From Clostridiales bacterium (GTDB lineage Bacteria; Bacillota; Dehalobacteriia; UBA7702): a stretch of DNA of 64,000 bases. The notes under the pieces are model-generated. The model was not told the origin of the DNA and made no database searches. It saw only the letters and a program-made list of their open reading frames with translations. A program made the position numbers and the translations under genes. Below, piece by piece: positions 1 to 10,507 of this stretch. The stretch spans positions 50,128-114,127 of the forward strand of contig JAVXOZ010000002.1 in the NCBI GenBank assembly GCA_036644995.1. Direction: 5' to 3'. Numbering within the stretch: position 1 is the stretch's first letter; every line of letters starts with the position of its first letter.

Positions 1-1298
1 CCCGGTTATTAAACTATTGCTCATACCGGATTTGGCGGCTATTGCCTTAATGGTGGTACTGGCTGTAATATTAAATGTGCCGCTGTATTTTTTTGAGCCG
101 GTGGTGGGATTAGAGCCATCTGTGGTGTAGTAAATAGTTGCACCCGGTGTAGCACAGGTAATGGCAATGGTTTTAGCTCCTGAAATATCGGTGTGGCTTA
201 TTGTTGGGGTAGCAACGGTGGATACCACCACAGGGTTATCAATAATATAAATAAAGCCTAAAAAGATTTTACTTTTATACATGGAGTTTATATTCCCTGT
301 TTTGGTTAAAAAATTAGTGCCGCCATAGTGAGATTCGGATATGGTTATGGTGCCATCGCCGTTTACTTTTTCAACCACAGCAACGTGGCCTTGGTTGTGC
401 TCACCGTTATTTGCCCACACCGCCACAGCACCAAGTTGGGGGCTTTGCCCATAAGGATAGCAGCCATTGTTTTTGTTATAATCAAACCATTTTCCAGCAT
501 TGCCTGTGCATAGATTTGGGGCTTTACCTAAAATTTCGTAGGCTCTGCCATAGGCATAGGCGGTGCAGTTTGGCATACCGTAGCCACTTGCCCAAAATAT
601 GTTTTTAGTGCTGTAAAAATAGGGGTTGTTGGCAGCTGGAGCTTCTAATCTTGGTGAGTAATTTGTGGTACTGAGTGTGGATTTGCCGCTGCTGATTTGG
701 GCGGCGGATGTAGATACTAATGTGGTTTTTTTGGTATTTATATCGTAATTGTAATAATTGCCTTGGGCACAATAGCTTATGGTGTTGTTTTGCTGTAAGG
801 CAAAGGAACTGATTGCTTTTTTGGTTAAAACTTTGGTATCGCCACAATAAACCGTATCACCTTCAAGATAAAATATTTCCTTATCTTTAATGGCAAATGA
901 TGTGATTTTTCCTTCTATGGCAGTGTTCAAGCTCCACTGGTTGGTAGTGGGGTTTAAGGTTAAAATATCTGTATTATCACCATTGGGCACTGCGATGTAA
1001 GGTGTGTTTTCATAAATGGCAAAAGCGGTTGCAAAACCATTATAAACCATGGTAGTTGCACCGCTTGAGGTATCTGTAGCTATTAAATTATTTTGTTGAT
1101 TCAATGTATAATTAAGCCCATTTAAAGTAAGTTCTGTGCCGCTGTTGGCAATTTTTGCAGTTTGGGTATAAGATTCTGTTTTTTCAGGGGAATTTTCATC
1201 AGATGCCAACAAGGGTGTGCAAATACACACTATTGCCATGGCTAAAGCCACAAAAAAGCCAAATAAATGGTAATATGACAATCTTGAGATATTTTTCA
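1..1298 (-). CDS. Secreted CHAP-domain (cysteine/histidine-dependent amidohydrolase/peptidase) protein; N-terminal signal peptide, central repeats, C-terminal chitobiase/FN3-like tail; 3' end lies beyond the window
   Basis: My own minus-strand translation from ATG 1298 (RBS GGAGTAATTTT upstream) is open to position 1. It is absent from the ORF track because no stop falls in the window. Signal peptide MKNISRLSYYHLFGFFVALAMAIVCICTPLLA. CHAP catalytic region ...GMPNCTAYAYGRAYEILG...GHVAVVEKVNGDGTITISESHYGG. C-terminal ATIYYTTDGSNPTTGSKKYSGTFNITASTTIKAIA motif. Confidence 0.7.
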
Positions 1299-1383
1299 TT
1301 AAAATTACTCCTTTTTTGGAATTATTGTATAAATTAACATAATTGCAAAATCAATTACAGTATAAAACAAAATTCCTTATTTT

Positions 1384-3066
1384 TCAAGTATTTGCGAAAA
1401 ACTTAGCAAAAGGAGAATCCGCTTTGGTTAATTCTTCAAGGTTTCCTTTTTGTATAATGGTGCCGTTTTCCATGTAAATTATTTCATCGTATTGTTTAAG
1501 TACGGCTTCACTTATGATATGGGTAATGGTTATGAGGGTAAGCTCATCTTTGGTTAAAAGTGCTGTTTCAATTTCCATAGCTGTTTGGCGGTCTATGGCA
1601 GATGTGCCTTCATCTAAAATTAAAATTGGTGTTTTTTTCATTAATGCCCTTGCCACGGCGATGCGTTGGCGTTGCCCACCCGAAAGGTTGGAGCCGTTTT
1701 CCCCCACCGGTTCTTTTAAGCCGTTTTTGGTTTGGGGTAAAAATAAAGATACACCACTGTATTTTAAGGCATCTGCCCATTCCGCCTTTGTGTAATCTCC
1801 AAACATGGCAATGTTTTCACCGATGGTGGTATCAAACATATAAATATTTTGGTGGATAACTGCGGATAATTCTTGGGTTTTTGCAATATCCAAGGTGTGT
1901 AGTTCGGCGTTATCGTAAGATATTGAGCCGCTGTATTTTGGTGAATAAGCGGTAAGAAGTTTTATAAAGGTGGTTTTGCCGCAACCGCTGGGGCCTAAAA
2001 TGGCGTATTTTTTACCTTTTTCAAAAGTAATGTTTAAATCTTCAACAGCTTTATGGTTTTGGGTATAGCTGAAAGTTAAATTCTTCACAGCGATGTTTTG
2101 GGTAAATTGAGGTTTGGCAGTACCTTGAAAATTCGTATCCTTATAGTCTGTAAAATCATTTAATCTGTTAATAATTGGGGCTACACCTTTTATTTTGGGC
2201 AATATTTCCATCAGCATGATAATGGGCATCATAAAAGTGCCGCTTAGTTGCACTAAGGCAATGAGGGTGCCCACGGTTATGGAATTTTGCAGCACCAAAT
2301 ATGCCGCCACAAAAACCACAATCACTGTTATTAAGGATGAAAGCATGCCCGAAAGTCCTTCGTTTAAGGCAAAAAGTTTATCTGCTGCCAGCTTGGTATT
2401 GGCTGCGGTGGTATTTTCTTTGGAAAATTCCGCTTTGGTGTATGGTAAAACTTGAAAACAGCGGATAACCTCATAGCCTGAGAATAAGTCTTTGGCTTTG
2501 GCGGTAAAAGTTGAAAGCTGCTGTGATACCTTATCTTGTCGTTTCTCCAAGGCTTTGCCCAAGGCTATTGGCACAATAAACATTATAGCCATGCCCAAAA
2601 TTAAGCACCCTGTAACAATGGGGCTTAAATAAAGCAAAATTCCCAAGGTGGCAAGGAACATAACAATTAATTCTATGGCTGATAGCAGAGGGATAAGATA
2701 ATTTTCTTCAACCATTTTCACATCATTGGTTAAAGCCGAAAGGTAATCTGCGGTGTTAACCTCAGAAAAATCTTCGGGGTTGCGGTGCATTATTCCGTTA
2801 AACACATTGCTGCGTATTTTTTGGATTATATTCCGCAAGAGATATTTTCCCACCAAAGAGGCTGCATAGGCAACCAAGCAGAGAACTACCATATAAATAA
2901 CGGTAAATATTAAAACTTTATAAAAACCACTTAAATTTCCGGCTAAGGCTATATCTATAATCTTTTGTAAAATTATAGATATAAAAGCAGATGCCACCGA
3001 TGAAAAAGCACCTAAAATTATTGCCACTGCCAAAAGTAGTTTGTTTTCTTTTAAGTATCGTAACAT
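1384..3066 (-). CDS. ABC transporter, fused permease/ATP-binding protein (exporter type, 6 TM + NBD)
   Basis: 560 aa with an N-terminal TMD, Walker A GPSGCGKTT, ABC signature LSGGQRQRIAVARAL, Walker B ILILDEGTSAID. Confidence 0.9.
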   Translation of the reverse strand: MLRYLKENKLLLAVAIILGAFSSVASAFISIILQKIIDIALAGNLSGFYKVLIFTVIYMVVLCLVAYAASLVGKYLLRNIIQKIRSNVFNGIMHRNPEDFSEVNTADYLSALTNDVKMVEENYLIPLLSAIELIVMFLATLGILLYLSPIVTGCLILGMAIMFIVPIALGKALEKRQDKVSQQLSTFTAKAKDLFSGYEVIRCFQVLPYTKAEFSKENTTAANTKLAADKLFALNEGLSGMLSSLITVIVVFVAAYLVLQNSITVGTLIALVQLSGTFMMPIIMLMEILPKIKGVAPIINRLNDFTDYKDTNFQGTAKPQFTQNIAVKNLTFSYTQNHKAVEDLNITFEKGKKYAILGPSGCGKTTFIKLLTAYSPKYSGSISYDNAELHTLDIAKTQELSAVIHQNIYMFDTTIGENIAMFGDYTKAEWADALKYSGVSLFLPQTKNGLKEPVGENGSNLSGGQRQRIAVARALMKKTPILILDEGTSAIDRQTAMEIETALLTKDELTLITITHIISEAVLKQYDEIIYMENGTIIQKGNLEELTKADSPFAKFFANT

Positions 3067-3077
3067 TTTTTACCTCG

Positions 3078-4181
3078 TTATTTTAAAATAAAAGGGAAAT
3101 TATAGGTGTAATCTGTAAAATATTGGGCAAATAAATAAGCCGAGGGGTAGTTTTTGCCAATGGTAAAAACTGTGTAGCCTATATGGGCTGTGCCATTATC
3201 TCTTTGGGCAATGGCGGCTAAATCTCCATTTTGGGGAAAGTTATTTTCTTGGGTATAGTTTAAAGTGCAGTTCATGGGGTATTGAGATGTTTGAAAAAAG
3301 TATATTTTATTGCCTTTTTGGCACTTGATAGCTGTGATTGCTCTGGTGTTGTTAAATTCATCTTGGGCGGGATTCAATTTTTTGCGGTTTAATTTAAAAA
3401 CAGGGGTCTTGGGTGTGTTATCCGAATATGTGTAGGAAATAACTGTATCGGTTTTTTTCACTTTGGGGCGAAATTTTTCAACGGCAATGGGATTGTAGGA
3501 GATTGTGTTATTTTCTGTGTTCAAGGTGCACCAGCGGTTTTGCCAAATGGTGTAGCTTTGGTTTTTGTGGGTAAAAAATTCACCTGTGGTTTCCGTGGCT
3601 TCCGCTGTGCTTAAAAGCCCTTCTTTATCTACCAAAACTTGGTGAATAACCGTGTATTCGGAGAGGGAATTTTCAATTATTTGGATAAAGGTATTTTGAT
3701 TTTCCACAGCCAAAGCTATGCAGGGTGTTTTGGGGCGATTTTCAAATGGTAAAATAGTGCCGTATTCTTTAAAATTTAATTTATCCTTGACAATTAGCTG
3801 AGGGTTTTTTTCACCTTTTAGGGTGATAACGGCTGTTAGTGGGGTTTTTATGTGGTCTGGGTCTTTGTCAGTATATATTAAACCGTAAATATAGGTGGTT
3901 TTGGCTATTTTTGTTTTTACCCCATAGCCCAAAAATTCCCCTTCTTTGAGATAGGGGGCAACGGCGGTTGATAGCTTTTGGCTATCCTCGGTGAATAATA
4001 CGGTGGTAGCTTGTTTATCCTTGGTTTTTACTGGGGTTGAGGTGTGATTTGGGGTTTGGGCAGAGCTGTGTTTTGCTTTGTTGTTTTCATGGTAATCCGT
4101 ATTTTCATCGGTGCAGGCAACGGTAAAAAATAAGGATACCCCAATAAATATTATCAAAATAAATTGGTAAACATTTTTCAT
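3078..4181 (-). CDS. Lipoprotein of unknown function (lipobox FTVAC)
   Basis: 367 aa; signal peptide with lipobox Cys (MKNVYQFILIIFIGVSLFFTVAC). Sits 12 bp upstream of the ABC exporter on the same strand. No recognisable catalytic motif. Confidence 0.7.
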   Translation of the reverse strand: MKNVYQFILIIFIGVSLFFTVACTDENTDYHENNKAKHSSAQTPNHTSTPVKTKDKQATTVLFTEDSQKLSTAVAPYLKEGEFLGYGVKTKIAKTTYIYGLIYTDKDPDHIKTPLTAVITLKGEKNPQLIVKDKLNFKEYGTILPFENRPKTPCIALAVENQNTFIQIIENSLSEYTVIHQVLVDKEGLLSTAEATETTGEFFTHKNQSYTIWQNRWCTLNTENNTISYNPIAVEKFRPKVKKTDTVISYTYSDNTPKTPVFKLNRKKLNPAQDEFNNTRAITAIKCQKGNKIYFFQTSQYPMNCTLNYTQENNFPQNGDLAAIAQRDNGTAHIGYTVFTIGKNYPSAYLFAQYFTDYTYNFPFILK

Positions 4182-4237
4182 TGCGATATCCTTTCATATT
4201 TAATTGATGTTTTATGTAACCTTAAAGAATTGATGGT

Positions 4238-5008
4238 TTATGTAACTTTAAATAGTCTTTGGGCATTTTCTGTGGTAATTTGAGCCGCTTCCTCTGGGGA
4301 AATATCCCTTAGTTCCGCTATTTTTTCCGCCACAAACCGCACATATGCAGGTTCGTTGCGTTTGCCCCGATATTGCTTTGGGGTGAGGTAGGGGCAATCG
4401 GTTTCTATCACCAGTCTATCCAAAGGCATTTTTTTAACAATTATCGGTGTTTTTTTGGAATTGGCATAGGTTAAAGGCCCATCTACACCTATGTAAAAGC
4501 CCATTTTTATAATGGTTAAGGCATCCTCATAGCTGCCTGAATAACAGTGAAAAACACCTTTGTAGTCGTTTTTTTGCCGCTCCTCTTTGAGGATTTTTAA
4601 GGTGTCCGCCATGGCATCTCGGCTGTGGATTACAATGGGTAAACCCAATTTGTGGGCGAGATTCAGCTGCCTTTTAAAAACTATGGCTTGGATTTCTTTA
4701 TCGGTATCATCATAATGGTAATCCAAGCCTATTTCTCCTATTGCCACAACTTTGGGATTTTTTGCCCATTCTATAAGGCTTTCCTCCAAATCATCGCAAT
4801 AGGTGTGGGAATCGTTGGGGTGAACCCCTACCACAGCGTAAATGCCCTGATATTTTTCGGCAATTTCCACAGCGGATTTTGAGGTTTCCCAGTCGCAGCC
4901 CACTATATTCATACGCTCCACGCCATTTTTATGGGCATTTTCAATTACCTGCTCCATATCTTGGGCAAAAGCTTTATCGTTTATATGGCAATGGGTATCG
5001 TAAAGCAT
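4238..5008 (-). CDS. tatD: TatD-family metal-dependent hydrolase/DNase
   Basis: MLYDTHCHIND... with HxH metal ligands and the conserved TatD motifs. Immediately downstream of metG, as in Bacillus (metS-yabD). Confidence 0.9.
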   Translation of the reverse strand: MLYDTHCHINDKAFAQDMEQVIENAHKNGVERMNIVGCDWETSKSAVEIAEKYQGIYAVVGVHPNDSHTYCDDLEESLIEWAKNPKVVAIGEIGLDYHYDDTDKEIQAIVFKRQLNLAHKLGLPIVIHSRDAMADTLKILKEERQKNDYKGVFHCYSGSYEDALTIIKMGFYIGVDGPLTYANSKKTPIIVKKMPLDRLVIETDCPYLTPKQYRGKRNEPAYVRFVAEKIAELRDISPEEAAQITTENAQRLFKVT

Positions 5009-6981
5009 TATTTTACTCTGCCTCCGCTTTGAACTGCGTCTAAGGTGAGAATTTGCAAGTTTTCGCTGTCCGAGGCGGCTAAAATCATGCCTTGACTTTC
5101 AATGCCACGGAGCTTTGCGGGTTTTAAATTGGCAACCACCACCACATTTTTCCCCACTAAATCTTCTGGTGCGTAGTGTTGGGCAACCCCTGCCACCAGC
5201 TGCCTTTGTTCCTCACCAATTTTTATTTGCAGTTTTAAGAGTTTATCTGCACCTTCCACCTTTTCGGCTTCTAAAACAGTTGCCACTCTTAAATCTATTT
5301 TGGCAAAATCCTCAATGGATATTTCTTCTTTTGGACCTTCACTTTTGGCTTTTTTGGCTGCCCGTTCCGCTTCTTTTTTCGCTTTCTTTTCGGCTTTTAA
5401 TTTCGCTGCCTCTGCTTTTTGGGCATCGGCTTCTTCATCTTTAATCACTTCCAAGCGTGGGAAAATGGGTTCGCCACGGTCTACGGTGGTGTTTTCGGGG
5501 ATTTTTCCGTATTCTAAGCTATCCCAAGTTTGAATTTCCGTCTTTTCGCTGATGCCCAGTTGTGCCCAAACTTTTGCCGGGGTTTTGGGCATAAAGGGTG
5601 ATAGCATAATGGTGGAAAAACGCAGGGCTTCTGCCATGTTGTAGAGCACCGTTGCTAATTTAGCGGTATCTCCGTTTTTGTTTAAAGCCCAAGGAGCGGC
5701 TTCATCTATATATTTATTGGCTTTGCTTACGATTTTCCAAATCGCTGCCAAAGCGTTGTTAAATTCCAGTTTTTCCATGGCATCTGCCATTTCTTGGGGT
5801 ACGTTTTTGAAAAGTTCCATGAGTTCATCGTCAAACTCTGTTTTTTCTTGGGGTTGCAGCACTTTGCCGCCTTGAAATTTTTCCAGCATAGCTGTGGTTC
5901 TGCTTAAAAGATTGCCAAAGTCGTTGGCTAAATCCACATTTATGCGGCTGATTAAAATATCCTCGGAATAGTTGCCATCGCTGCCGAAAACAAATTCACG
6001 GAGCAGAAAATAACGCAAGGCATCGGTGCTGTATTTATCCGCCAAAACCATGGGGTCTACCACATTGCCTTTGCTTTTGGACATTTTGCCTTCGTTAACC
6101 AAAATCCAGCCGTGGGCAAAAACTTTTTTGGGTAGGGGCAAATCCAAAGCCATAAGCATAATGGGCCAAATAATGGTGTGGAAACGCACAATATCCTTAC
6201 CCACCAAATGCACATCTGCAGGCCAATATTTTTTGAATTTTTCATCATCTTCTTTGGTGTATCCCAAAGCGGAAATGTAGTTGGTAAGGGCATCCAGCCA
6301 AACGTAAATTACGTGTTTGGGGTCTTTGGGCACAGGTATACCCCAAGAAAAAGTGGTACGGGAAATGCTTAAATCATCCAGACCTTGTTTTACAAAATTA
6401 ATCATTTCATTTCTACGGGAAACAGGCTGTATGAAATCGGGGTTTTTATCTATATAATCCAAAAGACGTTGGGCATATTTTTCCATTTTGAAAAAATAGC
6501 TTTCCTCTTTAATTAAATCCACATTGCCGCCACAGTCGGGGCATTTGCCTTGACTATCCTTTATTTGGGTATCGGTGAAAAAGGTTTCGCAGGAAACGCA
6601 ATAGTGCCCTTGGTAGGAACCAAGGTAAATATCGCCCTGAGCTTGGAGTTTTTCAAAAATAGCCTGTACCACTTCTTCATGGCGAGGCTGGGTGGTGCGA
6701 ATAAAATCGTCGTAATCTATATCAAATTTGCCCCAAAGTTCCTGAAAAGTGGCGATGATGCCATCCACATATTTTAAAGGTTCCATATTGGCGGCTTCGG
6801 CACTGCGTTGGATTTTTTGACCGTGCTCATCGGAGCCTGTTAAAAAATAGGCATCATAACCACGCATTTTTTTGTAGCGTGTCATGGTATCTGCTGCCAC
6901 GGTGGTATAGCAATGGCCAATATGCAGGGTGGCACTGGGGTAGTAAATTGGGGTGGTAATATAAAAAGTGGGTTTAGACAT
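5008..6981 (-). CDS. metG: Methionyl-tRNA synthetase with C-terminal tRNA-binding (EMAP-like) domain
   Basis: 657 aa with HIGH (TLHIGH) and KMSKS motifs, a zinc knuckle CVSCETF...CPDCGG and a C-terminal tRNA-binding domain. Confidence 0.97.
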   Translation of the reverse strand: MSKPTFYITTPIYYPSATLHIGHCYTTVAADTMTRYKKMRGYDAYFLTGSDEHGQKIQRSAEAANMEPLKYVDGIIATFQELWGKFDIDYDDFIRTTQPRHEEVVQAIFEKLQAQGDIYLGSYQGHYCVSCETFFTDTQIKDSQGKCPDCGGNVDLIKEESYFFKMEKYAQRLLDYIDKNPDFIQPVSRRNEMINFVKQGLDDLSISRTTFSWGIPVPKDPKHVIYVWLDALTNYISALGYTKEDDEKFKKYWPADVHLVGKDIVRFHTIIWPIMLMALDLPLPKKVFAHGWILVNEGKMSKSKGNVVDPMVLADKYSTDALRYFLLREFVFGSDGNYSEDILISRINVDLANDFGNLLSRTTAMLEKFQGGKVLQPQEKTEFDDELMELFKNVPQEMADAMEKLEFNNALAAIWKIVSKANKYIDEAAPWALNKNGDTAKLATVLYNMAEALRFSTIMLSPFMPKTPAKVWAQLGISEKTEIQTWDSLEYGKIPENTTVDRGEPIFPRLEVIKDEEADAQKAEAAKLKAEKKAKKEAERAAKKAKSEGPKEEISIEDFAKIDLRVATVLEAEKVEGADKLLKLQIKIGEEQRQLVAGVAQHYAPEDLVGKNVVVVANLKPAKLRGIESQGMILAASDSENLQILTLDAVQSGGRVK

Positions 6982-7026
6982 TTTTTCTATCTCCTTCTTT
7001 AATCTTAAAATTTAACTTTTAAAAAA

Positions 7027-7866
7027 CTAATCTTCAAAAGTTAAGGGATAAATTTCGTTTTTTTTCATCCCGTATTTATCGGCTATAATTTGAGCGGCTA
7101 TTTTAGCTTTAACACCTTGTTCTGTTAAGGTATTTAGCTCTGTTTTCAATTTTTGGGGTGAGGGGATTTCCAAATTTTCGTTTTTGGGGGGTGGGGCAAT
7201 TACCAAAACCATCTCACCTTTTAATTCTGTATTTTCTGCCATTTCTATCATCGCCCCAAGGGGCATTCGGTAGTAGCTCTCATGGATTTTTGTTAATTCA
7301 CGGCATAAGGTGGCTTCCCTGTTGCCCAAAGCCGCAAAAATATCCGCCAAGTCCTTTGCCAGAGCGTGGGGAGCGATATATAAAATTAAGGTTGTGGGAA
7401 TTTTTTCTAAAATTGTTAAGCGCTCTTTGCGTTCTTTTTTTTGCTTGGGTAAAAACCCTTCAAAGGTAAAATAGCGGCAATCCTGTGCCGAGGCAGTTAA
7501 AGCAGAAAGCACCGCATTGCCACCGGGAATGGGGTGAATAGCCAAATTTTCCATAGCTGCGGCTTTAACTAAATCTTCCCCGGGGTCTGAAATTCCGGGG
7601 GTGCCTGCATCGCTAATTAAGGCGATGGATTTTCCCTCTTTTAGCAAGGTTAAAAATTCTTCACGGCGTTTTGCTGCATTGTGTTGGTGGTAGCTTACCA
7701 TAGGTGTTTTAATATTAAAATGGTGTAATAATATACCGCTGTGGCGAGTATCTTCGGCACCGATGAGGTCTACATTTTTTAATATTTCAATACCTCTTAT
7801 GGTCATATCCCCTAAATTGCCAATGGGGGTTGCCACCAAATACAAGCCGGGGTCTAATTCCGCCAT
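7027..7866 (-). CDS. rsmI: 16S rRNA (cytidine1402-2'-O)-methyltransferase
   Basis: LYLVATPIGNLGDMTIRGIEIL...IGAEDTRHSG tetrapyrrole-methylase fold typical of RsmI/YabC. Confidence 0.9.
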   Translation of the reverse strand: MAELDPGLYLVATPIGNLGDMTIRGIEILKNVDLIGAEDTRHSGILLHHFNIKTPMVSYHQHNAAKRREEFLTLLKEGKSIALISDAGTPGISDPGEDLVKAAAMENLAIHPIPGGNAVLSALTASAQDCRYFTFEGFLPKQKKERKERLTILEKIPTTLILYIAPHALAKDLADIFAALGNREATLCRELTKIHESYYRMPLGAMIEMAENTELKGEMVLVIAPPPKNENLEIPSPQKLKTELNTLTEQGVKAKIAAQIIADKYGMKKNEIYPLTFED

Positions 7867-8594
7867 GCTTTCTCCTTTAAAATCCTTTGGGTTTGTGGGG
7901 TTAATTCCCCATTTTTACAGTGTATTATTAAAGTTTCCTCTGTTGTTTGTGTGAGAGCAGAGGTTTTTATATATTCTAAAATTACTAAATATGGCTTTTT
8001 TTCCGCTTTGGATTTTAGCCATAAACGGCGATTTTCGGTAAATCCGCATTTTTTTGCCAAAGCCGTTGTTTCCTCTAAGCGTTGGGGTGGATAAGCCAAG
8101 GTTAAAGTGCCGTTATCCTTTAAAATTGCCCCACATTGTTGAAAAAATGTAGGACTGTCCCACTCTATTTCCACCTTTGCCATGGCTATTTTGGGGTTTT
8201 TTGGCAAGCGGCATTGATTTTTTTTGTAGTAGGGTGGGTTGGCTATTATCCCATGGAAAGCATTTTTGCCAAAGATTTTTTCTGCCTCCATGGCATTGCC
8301 TAAAACTACTTGGATATCGGTGTTGTTTTCCGCCATGTTGAATGTTGCCAAAGCTACATTTTCTGCATCTATTTCCAAGGCTGTAATTTGGGATAATGGG
8401 CTTTTTCCCTGTATTAGCAGGGGTAAAATGCCGTTGCCCGTGCCTATATCCAATATTTTGGGGTGATTATTGGGGTTGAAAAAGCAAGCTAAAATCACCG
8501 CATCCAAAGAAAAGCAAAAGCCTTTTTTATTTTGATAAAGGCTAAAGCCGCCCCAAATGAGGTCATCTTTACGAAGATTTTCGTTATTCTTCAT
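7854..8594 (-). CDS. SAM-dependent methyltransferase, tRNA1(Val) (adenine37-N6)-methyltransferase-like (YabB/YfiC family)
   Basis: DIGTGNGILPLL SAM motif and NPPY motif; positional equivalent of B. subtilis yabB. Confidence 0.8.
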   Translation of the reverse strand: MKNNENLRKDDLIWGGFSLYQNKKGFCFSLDAVILACFFNPNNHPKILDIGTGNGILPLLIQGKSPLSQITALEIDAENVALATFNMAENNTDIQVVLGNAMEAEKIFGKNAFHGIIANPPYYKKNQCRLPKNPKIAMAKVEIEWDSPTFFQQCGAILKDNGTLTLAYPPQRLEETTALAKKCGFTENRRLWLKSKAEKKPYLVILEYIKTSALTQTTEETLIIHCKNGELTPQTQRILKEKAWRN

Positions 8595-8892
8595 CTTTGT
8601 GGTTGTTTTCGGTGTTTTTTTCTTTTAATTTTTCTTTTTCCATAAAGGAAACGCAAAATAGGCATTCGCCTTCACGGACTTCCCCAAAGTGACTGGGACA
8701 AACGTGAAACCCTGCATCAAACAAGGCAAGTAGGTTGCTTTTGCCCGATACCGCCATATTTTTTTTGCGTATTATCGCCTGCATGGAGATGTTATCCGCT
8801 TCTAATTGTTCAACATATTTTCTAATAGTTGCCAATTCATCACCCATGGCTTTGATTTTTTCTTCCAACTCTAAAAGTGCTTGACCCAGCAT
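8584..8892 (-). CDS. yabA: DNA replication initiation-control protein YabA
   Basis: 102 aa; N-terminal coiled coil and C-terminal Zn-binding Cys/His cluster (HVCPSHFGE...CLFC). Conserved position between yaaT and yabB. Confidence 0.8.
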   Translation of the reverse strand: MLGQALLELEEKIKAMGDELATIRKYVEQLEADNISMQAIIRKKNMAVSGKSNLLALFDAGFHVCPSHFGEVREGECLFCVSFMEKEKLKEKNTENNHKDEE

Positions 8893-8917
8893 GGATTATC
8901 CCCCCTGTGCACAGTTT

Positions 8918-9634
8918 TTATTTATCTTCTACAATCTCTTTATTTAAGATTTCTTCCACAGGTAAATCTGCTTCTTTTTTTCTGACCGGTGGTACTACGG
9001 AATCGTCGTTTTCATATTTTAAGCAGCACATGAGTCTGCCGCAAATACCCGATATTTTCCCCGGATTTAAGGAGAGATTTTGGTGTTTTGCCATTTTGAT
9101 GGAAACAGGCTGAAACTCATCTAAAACGCTGTGACAGCACAGTACACGGCCACAAGAGGCTATGCCACCCAGCATTTTTGCCTCATCACGGACACCAATT
9201 TGTCTAAGCTCAATACGGGTGCGGAAAATTCCTGCCAAGTCCTTAACCAATTCCCGAAAATCCACTCTGCCATCGGCGGTGAAATAAAAGATGATTTTGC
9301 TTACATCAAAGGTATATTCCACATCTATAAGCTTCATTTCTAAATTATTGGCACGTATTTTTTCCAAACAAACTTTAAAGGCTTCCTTTTCCTTTTCCTT
9401 ATTTTCTTTGTTGGTGGCTTCATCTTCTTCGGTGGCTTTTCTCAGCACATCTTTTAAGGGCTGCACTACTTTGTTTTCACAAACTTCTCTTGGTGGTATA
9501 ACCACATTGCCAAATTCCACACCACGGGCTGTTTCCACTATTACGTTGTCGTGGAGTGCGATGTTGAAATTAACAGGGTTAAAATAATAAATTTTACCCG
9601 CTTGTTTAAAGCGGACACCTACAATGGTTTCCAT
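8918..9634 (-). CDS. ricT: PSP1-domain protein (YaaT/RicT, stage 0 sporulation/RNase Y regulator family)
   Basis: METIVGVRFKQAGKIYYFNP... PSP1 C-terminal domain; conserved holB-yaaT-yabA synteny. Confidence 0.85.
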   Translation of the reverse strand: METIVGVRFKQAGKIYYFNPVNFNIALHDNVIVETARGVEFGNVVIPPREVCENKVVQPLKDVLRKATEEDEATNKENKEKEKEAFKVCLEKIRANNLEMKLIDVEYTFDVSKIIFYFTADGRVDFRELVKDLAGIFRTRIELRQIGVRDEAKMLGGIASCGRVLCCHSVLDEFQPVSIKMAKHQNLSLNPGKISGICGRLMCCLKYENDDSVVPPVRKKEADLPVEEILNKEIVEDK

Positions 9635-9667
9635 AAAAAATCCTCTTTTTTCTTTAGGGTAGTGTGT

Positions 9668-10507
9668 TTAGTTTACCCTATTTTTTTCTTTTATTGCCAA
9701 AAATAAATTCTCGGCAACAAGGCGGGTTGTTAATTGATATTCCAAGTACATCATAGCTTTATTGGTTTCTTCCCAAAGCTTAAGTAGAATATCATCCCCA
9801 AATTCCGAACTATTTAAAAGATAAGCTGCTTCCCCTGTGTGGGAAACTCTATATCCGTAATTTCTGCTTAAAATTTCTGCCATGGCGGCGATGATGGTTT
9901 TTAGTTTTTCACGGTCTGTTTCTTTGTTTTTTTCTTTGGCGTAGGTTTCTGCGGTTAAAAGCAAATAATCCATATTGTTTTGGGGTAAGGAGGTTAAAAG
10001 TTCAAAGGCTTCCTCCAAATTTTCGCTTTTTAGGGTTTTTGCCTCGCCATTATATCGCAAAATACGGCAGCGGCTTTCAATGGTGGCCAAAGTTTTATCC
10101 CCATTGGTGGAAAGGAGTAAAAAAACGGTATTTTCCACGGGTTCTTCCAAGGTTTTTAATAGGGCATTGGCGCAAACTTCGGTTAATTTATCTGCATCTA
10201 TAATCATAAAAATGCGAAATTCCCCTTCTTGGGCGGAGAACTGCACTGTTTTTATTAAATCTCTTATTTGTTTTATTAAATATGTGGTTTTTTCCGGACG
10301 AATTACAGTGAAATCGCTGAAGCATTCATTTTTTCCCAAGGTGCAGGGGCGGCATTTGCCACAAGGCATTGAATTTTTAGGGTTTTTGCAATTTAGGCTT
10401 AAAGCAAAATCCATGGCATCTTTTAAAATCTCATCTTTTTCGCCGTATAGCAAATAAGCGTGGCTGATATTTTTTTCTTTTAGGTCTGTTTTTAATTCTT
10501 GGTGCAT
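9668..10507 (-). CDS. holB: DNA polymerase III delta' subunit
   Basis: HAYLLYG... clamp-loader AAA+ fold with Zn module CGKCRPC; overlaps tmk as in the Bacillus tmk-holB operon. Confidence 0.85.
   Translation of the reverse strand: MHQELKTDLKEKNISHAYLLYGEKDEILKDAMDFALSLNCKNPKNSMPCGKCRPCTLGKNECFSDFTVIRPEKTTYLIKQIRDLIKTVQFSAQEGEFRIFMIIDADKLTEVCANALLKTLEEPVENTVFLLLSTNGDKTLATIESRCRILRYNGEAKTLKSENLEEAFELLTSLPQNNMDYLLLTAETYAKEKNKETDREKLKTIIAAMAEILSRNYGYRVSHTGEAAYLLNSSEFGDDILLKLWEETNKAMMYLEYQLTTRLVAENLFLAIKEKNRVN

Noticed and set aside
605-847. 80 aa minus-strand ORF (Q-rich) and plus-strand ORFs 328..513 and 411..608
   Set aside because: They lie inside, and out of frame with, the long open CHAP-domain reading frame that runs from 1298 to the window edge.
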